Positions 56,901 to 64,000 of a DNA stretch of 64,000 nucleotides are shown piece after piece; position 1 is the stretch's first letter, and each line of letters begins with the position of its first letter. The DNA is from an uncultured archaeon (lineage in GTDB: Archaea > Thermoplasmatota > Penumbrarchaeia > JASLWR01). Position numbers and translations under genes: made by a program. The notes under the pieces are model-generated. The model did no database searches and was not told where the DNA came from. It worked only from the letters and a program-made list of their open reading frames with translations. Where the stretch lies: positions 152,790 through 216,789 of the forward strand of contig CAYFHS010000002.1 of assembly GCA_964342815.1 (NCBI GenBank). Reading direction: 5' to 3'.

Positions 56901-58706
56901 ATTTATCGTTACGTAATCCAGGTTCCAGTTCCCTGAAGGGTCTGTAACATTCAGGGTGATATTGTATGCCCCGTAGTTGTTGAAAGTAAAGCTGGGTATC
57001 CCGCCGTACAGGGTCTCGGGGGCCTGCTGATAGGTGAAGTTCCACGTGTAATTATGAACCGCCGAATTATCGGTGGAGCCGGTTCCGTTGAAATTTACCG
57101 TGGTACCGTTCCCCACGGTCTGATCGATACCGGCGTCGGCTATGGGATTGGTGACATCCTCCAGAGTCAGTGAGGCATTTACCGGGTTGTTCGGATCGGT
57201 ATTTACCACTGGATCTCCCGACACTGCCTTTATGAATAAGGAACTGTTGAGGTAATCCGAATAATATTCCACTGAAAAGGAATCTACGGAACCCGTGGTG
57301 GCGCTGGCTGTGTCGTTTACTTTTATGAATATGGTTGAACCGTTTATCTCGGGAACATCGTCCATGAACTCGGTTATGTCGAATACTATCTTGTTGTTGG
57401 GAAAAGGTTCATTCCCTCCATCGAAACCGTTGGACCAGTCATCAAAATCCTTCACGGATATGGGACTTGCAGGATCGCCGATCCCAACCGATACGTCGCA
57501 CTCTCCTCTTTTATCATGGCTCATTTCGAAAACTGATAGGACCTTTGGTTCATATGAGGTCTTGTCATCGAATAGGAAGGTATATTCCACATCCCATTTC
57601 ATACATTCGTAGGACAGCCAGAACATACCGTCATTATTGTTATCGCCCCCCCAACCTGTGGCCCAGGAGTTGGCCACCTTGAATGCACCGGTCCGTGATT
57701 GTCCGTTCTCCGTGTAAGGGCCGAAATTATCATCATACCCGATGATGGTATTTGCATGGTTCGTTCCTGCTGCATCGCTGTATGTATCGTTCTTCCAGAG
57801 GTCGTTGGCATCCAGATTTGCGTACTGCTCGGCTCTAATGCTGATTATTGCCAGATTGCCATTGTCGAGCCATGTCTTCAGATCCGTTATGCCGTTTGCG
57901 TTGTTTGGAGGATACGTCCAGAGATAATTATAGCCCTGATCGGTCCGGTACCAGGGAGCCTCTCTCCAGGCCTCCTCGCTTGGCCATGTCGTATGATCAT
58001 TCGAATCATATGGCATGTTTTCCCAGCTGCAAACACCAATCCGGTTACACAGGTCCATTGCAGAGGAATAATACGAGCCCGTATCCAGCCCGTCGTTTAT
58101 CTGGTGATACATGAAATCCGGACTCATAATTCGATCCTGATAGGCCGAACTGGGTTGGCCATCGCTCCAACTGGCCCCCGAGAGATCCCAACCATGTTCC
58201 TTCGCCTCCTGAAAGGTCTTTGTATAATAAGCCGTGGCCCAGGCTACGCATGACCCTTCATTGGCCTGATTTCCGATTGGAGGGAAGTAGATGCTGGTTG
58301 AATGATCCACCGATGCACTGATCGGCCCTTCGATGGGTGGAGCGATCCCTTCTACGATGCCAAAATTGCCAACCATTCCAGCCCATTCCTCCTCGGTGGG
58401 TGGTTTCAGTCCCGTACCGCGCCCCTCGATGATTGGATTGTAGTCCACTCCCGGCTGCCAAACGCCGGCCCGTGCTTTCAGTTCCTCGATATCATCGGGA
58501 GAGGCACTTCGTGTGGTCATTATTACTTTTTTTTCTGGGCCGCCCGCTTCCACAGTCAAAAGAGAGTCATAATCTTTCATTTTTTCGGGATCGACCACTT
58601 CTGCCTCACTAACGGTTTCTCTCTCGGGGAGGAGACCATCGAAGGGTATGGTCGAAAACAACAGTACGAAGCATGTAAAAATAACAATTGATGATAATCT
58701 CAGCAT
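50925..58706 (-). CDS. giant membrane-anchored papain-like (C1A) cysteine protease with 10 PKD and 8 Ig-like repeats, TM, double Zn ribbons and acidic repeat tail
   Basis: GNQANEGSCVAWA, NHANTIIGYDD, KVANSWATGWG catalytic motifs. Probable ATG at 58706 (track 58913). CPDC..CPSC and CPEC..CQEC. Confidence 0.9.
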   Translation of the reverse strand: MLRLSSIVIFTCFVLLFSTIPFDGLLPERETVSEAEVVDPEKMKDYDSLLTVEAGGPEKKVIMTTRSASPDDIEELKARAGVWQPGVDYNPIIEGRGTGLKPPTEEEWAGMVGNFGIVEGIAPPIEGPISASVDHSTSIYFPPIGNQANEGSCVAWATAYYTKTFQEAKEHGWDLSGASWSDGQPSSAYQDRIMSPDFMYHQINDGLDTGSYYSSAMDLCNRIGVCSWENMPYDSNDHTTWPSEEAWREAPWYRTDQGYNYLWTYPPNNANGITDLKTWLDNGNLAIISIRAEQYANLDANDLWKNDTYSDAAGTNHANTIIGYDDNFGPYTENGQSRTGAFKVANSWATGWGGDNNNDGMFWLSYECMKWDVEYTFLFDDKTSYEPKVLSVFEMSHDKRGECDVSVGIGDPASPISVKDFDDWSNGFDGGNEPFPNNKIVFDITEFMDDVPEINGSTIFIKVNDTASATTGSVDSFSVEYYSDYLNSSLFIKAVSGDPVVNTDPNNPVNASLTLEDVTNPIADAGIDQTVGNGTTVNFNGTGSTDNSAVHNYTWNFTYQQAPETLYGGIPSFTFNNYGAYNITLNVTDPSGNWNLDYVTINIKDMVAPGADAGPDQTVDQGVTVTFDGSGSSDDVGVVNYTWNFSYDGQARTLYNSSSNFTFAIVGSYVVTLNVTDAEGNFAIDTMNVTVNDTTKPQFGTTWHNTLGPDDPAFFSANITDNVAVNTVMFDFTLNGTVHHNWSVTNKTGDSWEINFTMPVDTTSIEYFFWAEDAASNWAVSNNESFGVNDSEAPAFGTVWKNTPTTGEIVFFSGNITDNVGVNTVMFDFTLNGISHYNWSVTNNTGDSWSISIPLPLDAASIEYHFWAEDGAGNGANDTNASVLVGDNDKPVFGNIWSSGLYTDELALFSANITDNIAVNTVKFSYTVNGNINENVTVANQTGDNWTISILVPVDCASFEYFFWADDAAGNEKRTGKTSPGVTDNNRPVIGVIWNGGVTTGDNTLFSANITDNIGLNSVRFAYTVNGIINENVTVSNQSGDDWTITIRIPTDCVSFQYFFWSDDAAGNERRSATQTPGVADNDKPVIGVIWNGGMTTGEQSLFSANITDNVGVSLVKFVYTVNGNINENVTVSNQSGNDWTVTIRIPSYCVNFEFFFWANDGAGNERRSAVQTPAVADNDRPAIGSIWNAVLTTGEPALFSANITDNIGVSLVKLAYTVNGIIIENVTVSNQTGDNWTATIEIPVNCVSFEYFFWANDSTGNERRSATQSPGVADNDRPIFGIIWVSPLTTGDSAYLSANITDNIAIDSVKLDFTINGAEHHNWSVVNNTGTSWDITITLPADTVSLEYAFRARDSSANWQGSTNATPSVSDNDRPVYGIHWESSLSTGEMAYFSVNVTDNLVIGTVRFDFTINGGANYNWSVTNVTGDSWYIYIRIPGYATSVEYSFWSQDASGNRETTNKTVSAVTDNDGPVSDPGINITTDQHVPVIFNGSNSTDNVDIDNYTWNFTYDGQGYILYGSSPTFTFHTVGKYTITLNVSDAAGHWDTNTTQVTVLDITPPTVEAGADRTIDQFEKLYFDSTGSGDNVGISNYTWNFTCGGICVQLYGAYPSFTFNFAGNYSVELIILDLAGNQARDNMTVNVNDITLPVTDAGFDISVNQHELAIFNGSNSTDNMGIDNYTWSFVDNGTLQTLYGAVVSYVFHNAGTFNITLMARDATGNILGDNLFVTVNDTTPPIAMAGPNISINQHEYVTFDGRGSMDNVGIVNYTWSIDPAETRMVLNGALVSYQFHSAGIFTVNLTTTDSRGNKAHDILVMTVTDISKPVATAGSDITVDQHERVSFNGNASSDNVGITNYTWTFSYEGSEIILNGEISSFVFHRAGVYDVTLTVSDVRGNNESVNFKVTVMDITNPIADAGEDILSGDSDKVTFDASGSTDNVGIVDYNWTFVYNGNVLVIKGKNVSFKFDIVGKYTVTLNVLDAMGNLGSDTLEVTISDTTAPIVIISGPFEAGLGDLAVFSGNLSSDNVEIANYLWSILHNGVFENSAGISMEYKFEEIGKYTITLTVVDSEGNSGSKNLTITVADGEPPKADPGEDVVLTEPGEITLDGAGSWDNSEIENYTWTFVYQGETVTLYGEAPTFSFELPGDYYVVLKVTDTEGNLHETGKYVNVTAPADKRGETGSGKWMEGPGFWIMLVVLIILVVLVLFFLFGRRKKKTEKETPRKVKEEPVKAPRIRSGPLIYGERDSKRKGKAVGRSSEARKRKGAIAGRGRRRKKETAVKKEKLSAEARKKRERGKKGRKKRGKRTGKRKKGRLAAYQKESSEEKKEKIKPDLVKSGEMWDEDEWAFKISRFGEEEGDLLEGQGEAEFAGASWDEEPGQYGDEEEVEGEEDEYECPDCGSSLKEEDSVCPSCGAEFEGEEDEVDEASYWPEEGYEPPEPEGGRYDGEEMVDFIIDTSYMEFDVDDVLYECPECGSAINELDTDCQECGTVFDEEDDENLAPGDSWEEEDEDDENLAPGDSWEEEDEDNENLAPGDSWEEEDEDDENLAPGDSWEEEDEDNENLAPGDSWEEEDEDDEASGESWSDYLESWD
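50971..51210. repeat. 5 x 48-bp tandem repeat (ENLAPGDSWEEEDED[D/N])
   Basis: Unit tcat(c/t)gtcctcgtcctcctcttcccagctgtcacccggagccagattt, nearly perfect, with no spacers. Confidence 0.95.
54300..56630. repeat. 8 intragenic ~291-bp (97-aa) Ig-like repeats
   Basis: FSANITDN...YTVNG...ENVTV.NQ.GD.W...FEYFFWA.D.AGNE; gagaac at 55105 and 55396 gives the 291-bp period. Confidence 0.85.
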
Positions 58707-58998
58707 TTGGCCACGACCTTGTATAACGGACAGTAAAATTAACCAGTATATATCGCTGTTATGCCCAAAATAAGTTTTGGTCCAGGTAATTCCCGTAAAT
58801 AATATGAATGTTAATCCGATTTTTTTCAGTTGTGCGGGGCAATAACACAACTTATACATAGTTAATCCACACTCGGCACGACTAAGTACATACCGTGGGT
58901 GAAGTTGCTTCAATGCCCGATGGGTATTCCTACCAAAACGTTCTTCAGTGCTGAATGATAGCCATTATTGGAATTAATTTACACAGGAAGTTGGAAAT

Positions 58999-59541
58999 AT
59001 GGTTGCGGGAGACATATTTGAACCGGATGGCCGACGAATAAGTGTTCTTGGCCGCTTTTTTGAACTCAAACCGACGGAGGTTTCCACTTACCGCCATCTG
59101 GCCCTTAACGAAGAAAAAACTGCCCGGGAAATGGGGGAATTTCTGGGAAAAGATCGAAGCACCGCATATCGCATACTGCAAAAGCTCTTTGATCGCGGGA
59201 TTGTGAACAAGGAGACAAGGTACCTGCCGAAAGGAGGGTATTACCATATCTACCTGGCCAACGATCCCAGCTCGATAAAAGAGGAATTGAAACGAAATAT
59301 CAGGGAATGGTTGGGTAAGATTTTCGATCAGCTGGACCAGGCCGAGCTTGATGGGGACCTTCTTTCGGCTCTTACGGATTCCGGAATGGCAGAGGCTTTG
59401 AAACCACCCTTGGCGGGGTCCAGCTCAAAACCCCGGGAAGGAATTCCTTCGGAAAGGGATAAAGTTACAGATGAAGATGATGAAGATGATGAAGATGATG
59501 AAGATGAGGAGGACGACCAGATACCGATCCACCTCAGATAG
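58999..59541 (+). CDS. TrmB-like HTH transcriptional regulator with acidic tail
   Basis: TAREMGEFLGKDRSTAYRILQKL..RGIV..GGYYHIY; D/E-rich tail. Confidence 0.8.
   Translation: MVAGDIFEPDGRRISVLGRFFELKPTEVSTYRHLALNEEKTAREMGEFLGKDRSTAYRILQKLFDRGIVNKETRYLPKGGYYHIYLANDPSSIKEELKRNIREWLGKIFDQLDQAELDGDLLSALTDSGMAEALKPPLAGSSSKPREGIPSERDKVTDEDDEDDEDDEDEEDDQIPIHLR
59470..59505. repeat. 4 x 9-bp GATGAAGAT microsatellite encoding poly-D/E
   Basis: Read directly from the sequence. Confidence 0.9.
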
Positions 59542-59552
59542 GAGTGATCACC

Positions 59553-60521
59553 ATGAATAAAATCAACGAACTTACCGCTCAGAATATTGCAATTACCGGG
59601 GGTGCCGGTTTTATCGGCAGCCACCTGATCCATCGGCTCATGGGAATGGAAAATCGAATAACGGTATTCGATAACTTTTCTTCAGGTATTCGTGAATTCC
59701 TGGACCCTTTCCAGGGTGATGAGAACTTCAATCTTGTTGAAATGGACCTGCTTGAGGCCGGACTTCTGGAAGAACGGCTGAAGGGGTACGATTGGGTATT
59801 TCACCTGGCAGCCAATCCTGACGTACGATTGGGTTCCAGCGACACTTACGTTCATCTGGAGCAGAATGTTATCGTCACTTACAATATTCTCGAAGCTATG
59901 AGAAAGAACGGACTTGACCGTATCGTATTCACCTCCACCTCCACCGTGTATGGGGAGGCCGATGAGATACCGACCCCGGAGGATTACGGTCCCCTTATCC
60001 CGATATCGCTCTATGCATCCTCCAAGCTGGCCTCCGAGGGTTTTATTACAGCTTATTGTTCCAATTTCGGTATGAGTTCATATATCTTCAGGTTTGCTAA
60101 TGTGGTTGGGCCGCGGTCGACCCACGGCGTAATATACGATTTTGTGAACAAGTTGAAAGATGATTCAACCACGCTTGAGATACTGGGCAGCGAACCTGGG
60201 ACCAGAAAATCGTACCTTTACATTTCCGACTGTATCGACGGGATGATCTTTGCCTGTGAAAGCTCGGGGGATATGGCGAATATCTTCAACATCGGCTCGC
60301 GGGATCACATTTCCGTAAAAACCCTGGCAGGATCAGTATGCGAGGCCATGGGACTCCATGACGTGAGCTATCGGTGGACGGGCGGTGTTGACGGAGGCCG
60401 CGGGTGGAAGGGGGATGTGAAGGTAATGCTCCTGGGTATTGAAAAATTGAATTTACTGGGTTTTGTGCCGAAATACGGTTCATCCGATGCTGTGCTGAAG
60501 ACAGCAAGATCACTATTATAA
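59553..60521 (+). CDS. NAD-dependent epimerase/dehydratase (UDP-glucose 4-epimerase-like SDR)
   Basis: TGGAGFIG, FHLAANPD, STSTVYG, YASSK, FRFANVVG, HGVIYDF. ATG follows GGAGTGAT. Confidence 0.92.
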   Translation: MNKINELTAQNIAITGGAGFIGSHLIHRLMGMENRITVFDNFSSGIREFLDPFQGDENFNLVEMDLLEAGLLEERLKGYDWVFHLAANPDVRLGSSDTYVHLEQNVIVTYNILEAMRKNGLDRIVFTSTSTVYGEADEIPTPEDYGPLIPISLYASSKLASEGFITAYCSNFGMSSYIFRFANVVGPRSTHGVIYDFVNKLKDDSTTLEILGSEPGTRKSYLYISDCIDGMIFACESSGDMANIFNIGSRDHISVKTLAGSVCEAMGLHDVSYRWTGGVDGGRGWKGDVKVMLLGIEKLNLLGFVPKYGSSDAVLKTARSLL

Positions 60522-60601
60522 TGATCTGCACTGGAGCCAGGAAAACGGCTTTTCAATTGCCGCCCATCCATGTCAAAAAAATAGTTTACACAGCCATGAG
60601 T

Positions 60602-62515
60602 CTATGATAATCGTACCGTCTCAAGATTCTTGGGTACAATGGTCTCAATGCTGTACTTTCGTTTGATGGTGGCACCGAAATCCACCGATTTGGATGTTTC
60701 CCCGTGCCCGATTATGATCTTTTCCGGCCGCGGCTCCAAGGTGGCCACGTATGATAGGAGCTGTCTGCGGTCGCTGTGTCCCGAGAAACCGTCGCACACC
60801 TCGATGTTCAGATTGATCATTATCTTCATGGGTTTCCCCTTTTCGTATATTGTGATCTCCCGTTTTCCCTGCTGAATACCGTGGCCCTTGGTTCCAGCGG
60901 CCTGATATCCAACGAAAATCAGCGTGTTACTTCTCTCCGGGCCCCAGACCTTCAGGTATTCTATCACCGGTCCGCCGTTCAGCATTCCCGAGGTTGCAAG
61001 GACAACACATGAGTCCGGGTCATCGCATATCTCATTTCTTCTCGTCCTGGCTGAAACGTGTTCGAAAATTTCAGAAAGAAAGGGATTACTCCTTCTCTGG
61101 AAGATCATATTACGCAGTCTATCGTTTAAAAAATCCGGGTATGCGGTATGAATGGCCGTTGCTTCCATAATCATTCCGTCGAGATAGACCGGTACCGTTG
61201 GGATCTCTCCGGTCCGCATGAGTTTTTCTATGGTCATCATCACTTCCTGTGACCTTCCCACGGCAAAAACGGGAATGAGGACCTTCCCCCCTCTCTCGAT
61301 GGTCCTGTTGATTATGTCCTTCAGCTCTTTCGAGGCGGCTTTCCTGGGAGGTTGAAAGTCCATCTTTCCCCCGTAGGTCGATTCTGTGATTAAGGTTTCG
61401 AGCCTTGGAAATCTTCGGTTGGCGGGATTGAACAGGTAAGTGTTCTCGAACTTTATATCCCCTGTAACAGCTACGTTGTGGAACCCCTCCCCGAAGTGGA
61501 AGTGGGCAATGGAAGAACCCAGAATATGGCCTGCATTATGGAAAGTGAGCCTTACTTCGGGTGAAATATCGGTGGTTTCTCCGTAAGCCAAGGTTATAGT
61601 GTGCTGGACCTGCTTTCTGATATGTGCCGACTCGTATGGAGTTTTCTTTCCTTCACCCACGGCCACCTTGAGATAATCCAGCTGAAGCAGGGACATAAGA
61701 TCGCGGGTGGGGGCAGTGCAGAAGACCGGCCCATTATATTCGTACTTGAAAAGAAGGGGGACCAACCCGGAGTGGTCGAGATGAGCGTGGGTGATCACCA
61801 CCGCATCCAGGGTTTCGAGCGGCAATACTTCCGGAAGTCCCAGATAGGGTGAAACACTGTCCTCCTGCCCGCCAACATTTACCCCGCAGTCCACCAGTAC
61901 TTTTGTTCCCTCCGTGCTCAGCAGCAAACAGCTTCTACCCACCTCGTTAAATCCGCCGAGGCAGGTCAACCTGAGCCATTCCATTTTCTTGTTGGGCTCG
62001 GCGTATATGCATTTGCCCACCCTTCGGAGAAATTTCTTTCTTTCGACCTTCACTTCCTGGAGATACTGCCGGATCTCTTTCACGGTCTTCGAGGGAATGG
62101 GAGGTGTGCGGACCACTTTCGGGGCCCACCCGCTTGCCTGCTTTATTCTGGACAGGATCGCTCCTCTTCTCCCGATTGCGATACCCGGCGCGCCGGCTTC
62201 GATAATAACCTCACCGTTCTCTTCGACGAAGAGGATGTCGGAGACCTCCGCTTCCTCGGGCATTATCTGCTCGATCTTTTGGCGGGCTTCCTTGGGTCCC
62301 AGGAGTTCGCTGGGGTCCGGTCTTATTACAACCCGTTTCTTCAGGGATTGAGCCAGTTTTCGTACTATGTAGTTGTTCCTTGCAAATTCACCGAGGTTCT
62401 TCGTGTATATAACGATCTCGGGCCCTTCTATATCTATGGAGCTAATTATTACGGTCACGGGCAGCAGTTCCCTTATCTGCTCTTTAATCGTGTTAAGTAT
62501 CTTGTTGACACCCAT
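60602..62515 (-). CDS. fttA: archaeal beta-CASP ribonuclease aCPSF1 (KH + MBL + beta-CASP; transcription termination factor FttA)
   Basis: EGPEIVIYTK KH region, LGGFNEVGRSC, THAHLDHSG, AGHILGS, ESTYG, AVGRSQE, TSGMLNGG, FSGHSD. Confidence 0.95.
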   Translation of the reverse strand: MGVNKILNTIKEQIRELLPVTVIISSIDIEGPEIVIYTKNLGEFARNNYIVRKLAQSLKKRVVIRPDPSELLGPKEARQKIEQIMPEEAEVSDILFVEENGEVIIEAGAPGIAIGRRGAILSRIKQASGWAPKVVRTPPIPSKTVKEIRQYLQEVKVERKKFLRRVGKCIYAEPNKKMEWLRLTCLGGFNEVGRSCLLLSTEGTKVLVDCGVNVGGQEDSVSPYLGLPEVLPLETLDAVVITHAHLDHSGLVPLLFKYEYNGPVFCTAPTRDLMSLLQLDYLKVAVGEGKKTPYESAHIRKQVQHTITLAYGETTDISPEVRLTFHNAGHILGSSIAHFHFGEGFHNVAVTGDIKFENTYLFNPANRRFPRLETLITESTYGGKMDFQPPRKAASKELKDIINRTIERGGKVLIPVFAVGRSQEVMMTIEKLMRTGEIPTVPVYLDGMIMEATAIHTAYPDFLNDRLRNMIFQRRSNPFLSEIFEHVSARTRRNEICDDPDSCVVLATSGMLNGGPVIEYLKVWGPERSNTLIFVGYQAAGTKGHGIQQGKREITIYEKGKPMKIMINLNIEVCDGFSGHSDRRQLLSYVATLEPRPEKIIIGHGETSKSVDFGATIKRKYSIETIVPKNLETVRLS

Positions 62516-62778
62516 CGAAACCAATCCAATATTTTTATTGAATATCCCGTCATCTTCAGCAGAATCCGAGTTAAAATTACTATTTATATTCTACTAGTGA
62601 ATTAATGTGACTTGTGTACCTTAGAACAATTTGATCCTTTTCAGAGGAAAGAACGGAGGGCCAGTAAAATCCGTTGGAAATATTCTAGAAAATGGCATCC
62701 CCTGCCGATATCAGCGTCATGCTGGCGGCTGGGCGTAGACGGCATTTATCTTAATTAAATCTTTTCTTTCAATAATGA

Positions 62779-63414
62779 TTATTTCAAACCCATGGCAGAT
62801 ATTCGTTTTTCTATCTCACCGGTGGTTAACCAGCTCCACCCTGCCTTCTGGGAAATGGCGGCGACATCGATTCCGTTACCGGATGCCGCATCTCTTTTCA
62901 TTGCTGCGGATATTGCTCTAATGGCAAGGTCAACAGAATCCTTTTTGGTCATATTCTCCTTGAAGTGGTCTTCAAGCACACCGTAAACGTACGGTGAGCC
63001 GGAACCGGTGGTCACGTAGGTGTCGGGAATACTTCCACCTGCTGCATCCAGAGAATAAACGTGGCCTCCCTCATTGTCGACACCTGCGATGATCAACTGT
63101 ACCCAGTATGGATAATATTTGCGGGCGTTCAGTATGTTCGCCATCAGCGTCGAGGCGGCCCTGACAGTTATAGGCGTGTTTCTTTTGAGTGCATAAAGCT
63201 CGGCTTCCGCTCTGAGATATCTCGCAAGGATCTGCGCATCTCCTACGAGGCCCGCAGTTGTGAGACCAAGTTTATCGGTGATCTTGAAGAGCTTCTGGGT
63301 TCTTTTATGGGCTATTAGAGTTCCCATGGTGGCCCTGTGCTCGGTTGCCAATACAACTCCGTCCTTATAAGTGAGACCTACAGTAGTGGTGCCTTTTAAT
63401 AATTTTTTTTCCAT
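62779..63414 (-). CDS. psmB: 20S proteasome subunit beta
   Basis: Propeptide MEKKLLKG followed by TTTVG; ATEHRAT, AGLVGDAQ, GSGSPY, RDAASG. Probable ATG at 63414. Confidence 0.97.
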   Translation of the reverse strand: MEKKLLKGTTTVGLTYKDGVVLATEHRATMGTLIAHKRTQKLFKITDKLGLTTAGLVGDAQILARYLRAEAELYALKRNTPITVRAASTLMANILNARKYYPYWVQLIIAGVDNEGGHVYSLDAAGGSIPDTYVTTGSGSPYVYGVLEDHFKENMTKKDSVDLAIRAISAAMKRDAASGNGIDVAAISQKAGWSWLTTGEIEKRISAMGLK

Positions 63415-63605
63415 CTGAAATACACCCTTTATACGTGATTTTAGCAGCAAACGGAGGATAATGAAGACGGTATATATATTTTTGGTGCAAATGTGGTGAC
63501 GACTTTAAATTATCTCATTGGCCGATTGTACGATAAAAACGTTTAAATAAAGCCAGTAGTTATTCTTTTGCCCCGATTTAGTTATTATGTTGGAATAGTG
63601 AGACC

Positions 63606-64000
63606 ATGGCAAAACAGTTTACCGGGAGTTGGCCAATTCTCATTCTGCTCTTCCTGTGTTTTTTCCCCGGAGCCCTGATCTATCTTTTCCTCAATTACAA
63701 GGAGGTTGGACCGAGTCCGGCTCAAATGCAGGCAAGTCTCCAAGCCCAATACAACCCTCAAATTCAACCAACACCAACTCAGCAACCCGCCCCTCAATCG
63801 CCGCCTCCGGCTCCACTATCTTCTTTTCCACCCCCTGGTTCGCCCCGTGCATCTTCCGTGGCGCGGAACATCGAGATAGGTAACATGGGGGCACTGGAAA
63901 GAGCACCACCAAACTTGGAGAACACGATCCCGGGTTATACCATTTCCCATAAACTGGGTTCGGGTGGTTTTGCCACGGTTTACAAGGGGAAAGAGCTTGG
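63606..64000 (+). CDS. membrane-anchored Hanks-type Ser/Thr protein kinase (3' truncated by window edge)
   Basis: Not in ORF track. Manual translation: MAKQFTGSWPILILLFLCFFPGALIYLFLNY, then a P/Q-rich linker, then IPGYTISHKLGSGGFATVYKGKEL (subdomain I Gly-loop). Confidence 0.8.
   Translation, partial: MAKQFTGSWPILILLFLCFFPGALIYLFLNYKEVGPSPAQMQASLQAQYNPQIQPTPTQQPAPQSPPPAPLSSFPPPGSPRASSVARNIEIGNMGALERAPPNLENTIPGYTISHKLGSGGFATVYKGKEL

Noticed and set aside
59470-59520. Acidic microsatellite tail of the TrmB-like regulator as a phase-variation switch
   Set aside because: The 9-bp unit preserves frame, so slippage changes only tail length.
62525-62778. Structured autoregulatory leader for aCPSF1 (stem aacgga/tccgtt, 62652-62675)
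   Set aside because: The stem is only 6 bp, and a TATA-like tract near 62585 suggests aCPSF1 has its own promoter downstream of it.
21-63912. Numerous short ORFs in the track overlapping long genes (e.g. 1663-2139, 2626-3267, 50864-51343, 54838-55932)
   Set aside because: These are antisense or alternate-frame shadows of well-supported CDSs or of their repeats, with no independent motifs.
1-64000. tRNA, rRNA, IS elements, integrases
   Set aside because: No T-loop/cloverleaf, rRNA-like, transposase or recombinase signatures were found by eye; tRNAscan-SE and ISEScan would be needed to exclude them formally.

Overview
Archaeal chromosomal segment. Support for this: the psmB-aCPSF1 gene pair, GGTGAT-type Shine-Dalgarno motifs, a TrmB-like regulator and a geranylgeranyl reductase-family gene. 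The giant PKD/TM/Zn-ribbon surface proteins suggest an uncultured Thermoplasmatota-like lineage (inference). No rRNA, tRNA, CRISPR array or mobile element was seen. Four main themes. (1) An operon of acyl-CoA dehydrogenase plus a split B12-dependent acyl-CoA mutase (1675-4860). By-eye alignment shows the dehydrogenase lacks both canonical catalytic glutamates, while the mutase keeps the dicarboxylate signature but has a poly-Gly remodelled pocket. This is the logic of an aryl/alkyl-succinyl-CoA to malonyl-CoA to oxidative decarboxylation module (IaaFGH-like) and is the best candidate for an undescribed system. (2) The dch-had-oah anaerobic benzoyl-CoA ring-cleavage genes, with birA and a thioesterase (33470-38422). 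(3) Five large exported, C-terminally membrane-anchored proteins with beta-helix, WD40, subtilase, jelly-roll/FnIII or papain heads. Their cytoplasmic low-complexity tails mostly end in Zn fingers, one of them a C4HC3 RING/PHD-like finger. A lipoprotein serpin is also present. (4) Signalling and housekeeping genes: a kinase-less 7TM sensor with a wHTH regulator, tandem membrane spermidine synthases, nadE, aCPSF1 and psmB. Two edge-truncated genes are missing from the ORF track: an alpha/beta hydrolase and a membrane Ser/Thr kinase. All functional calls come from motif reading by eye; no searches were run.
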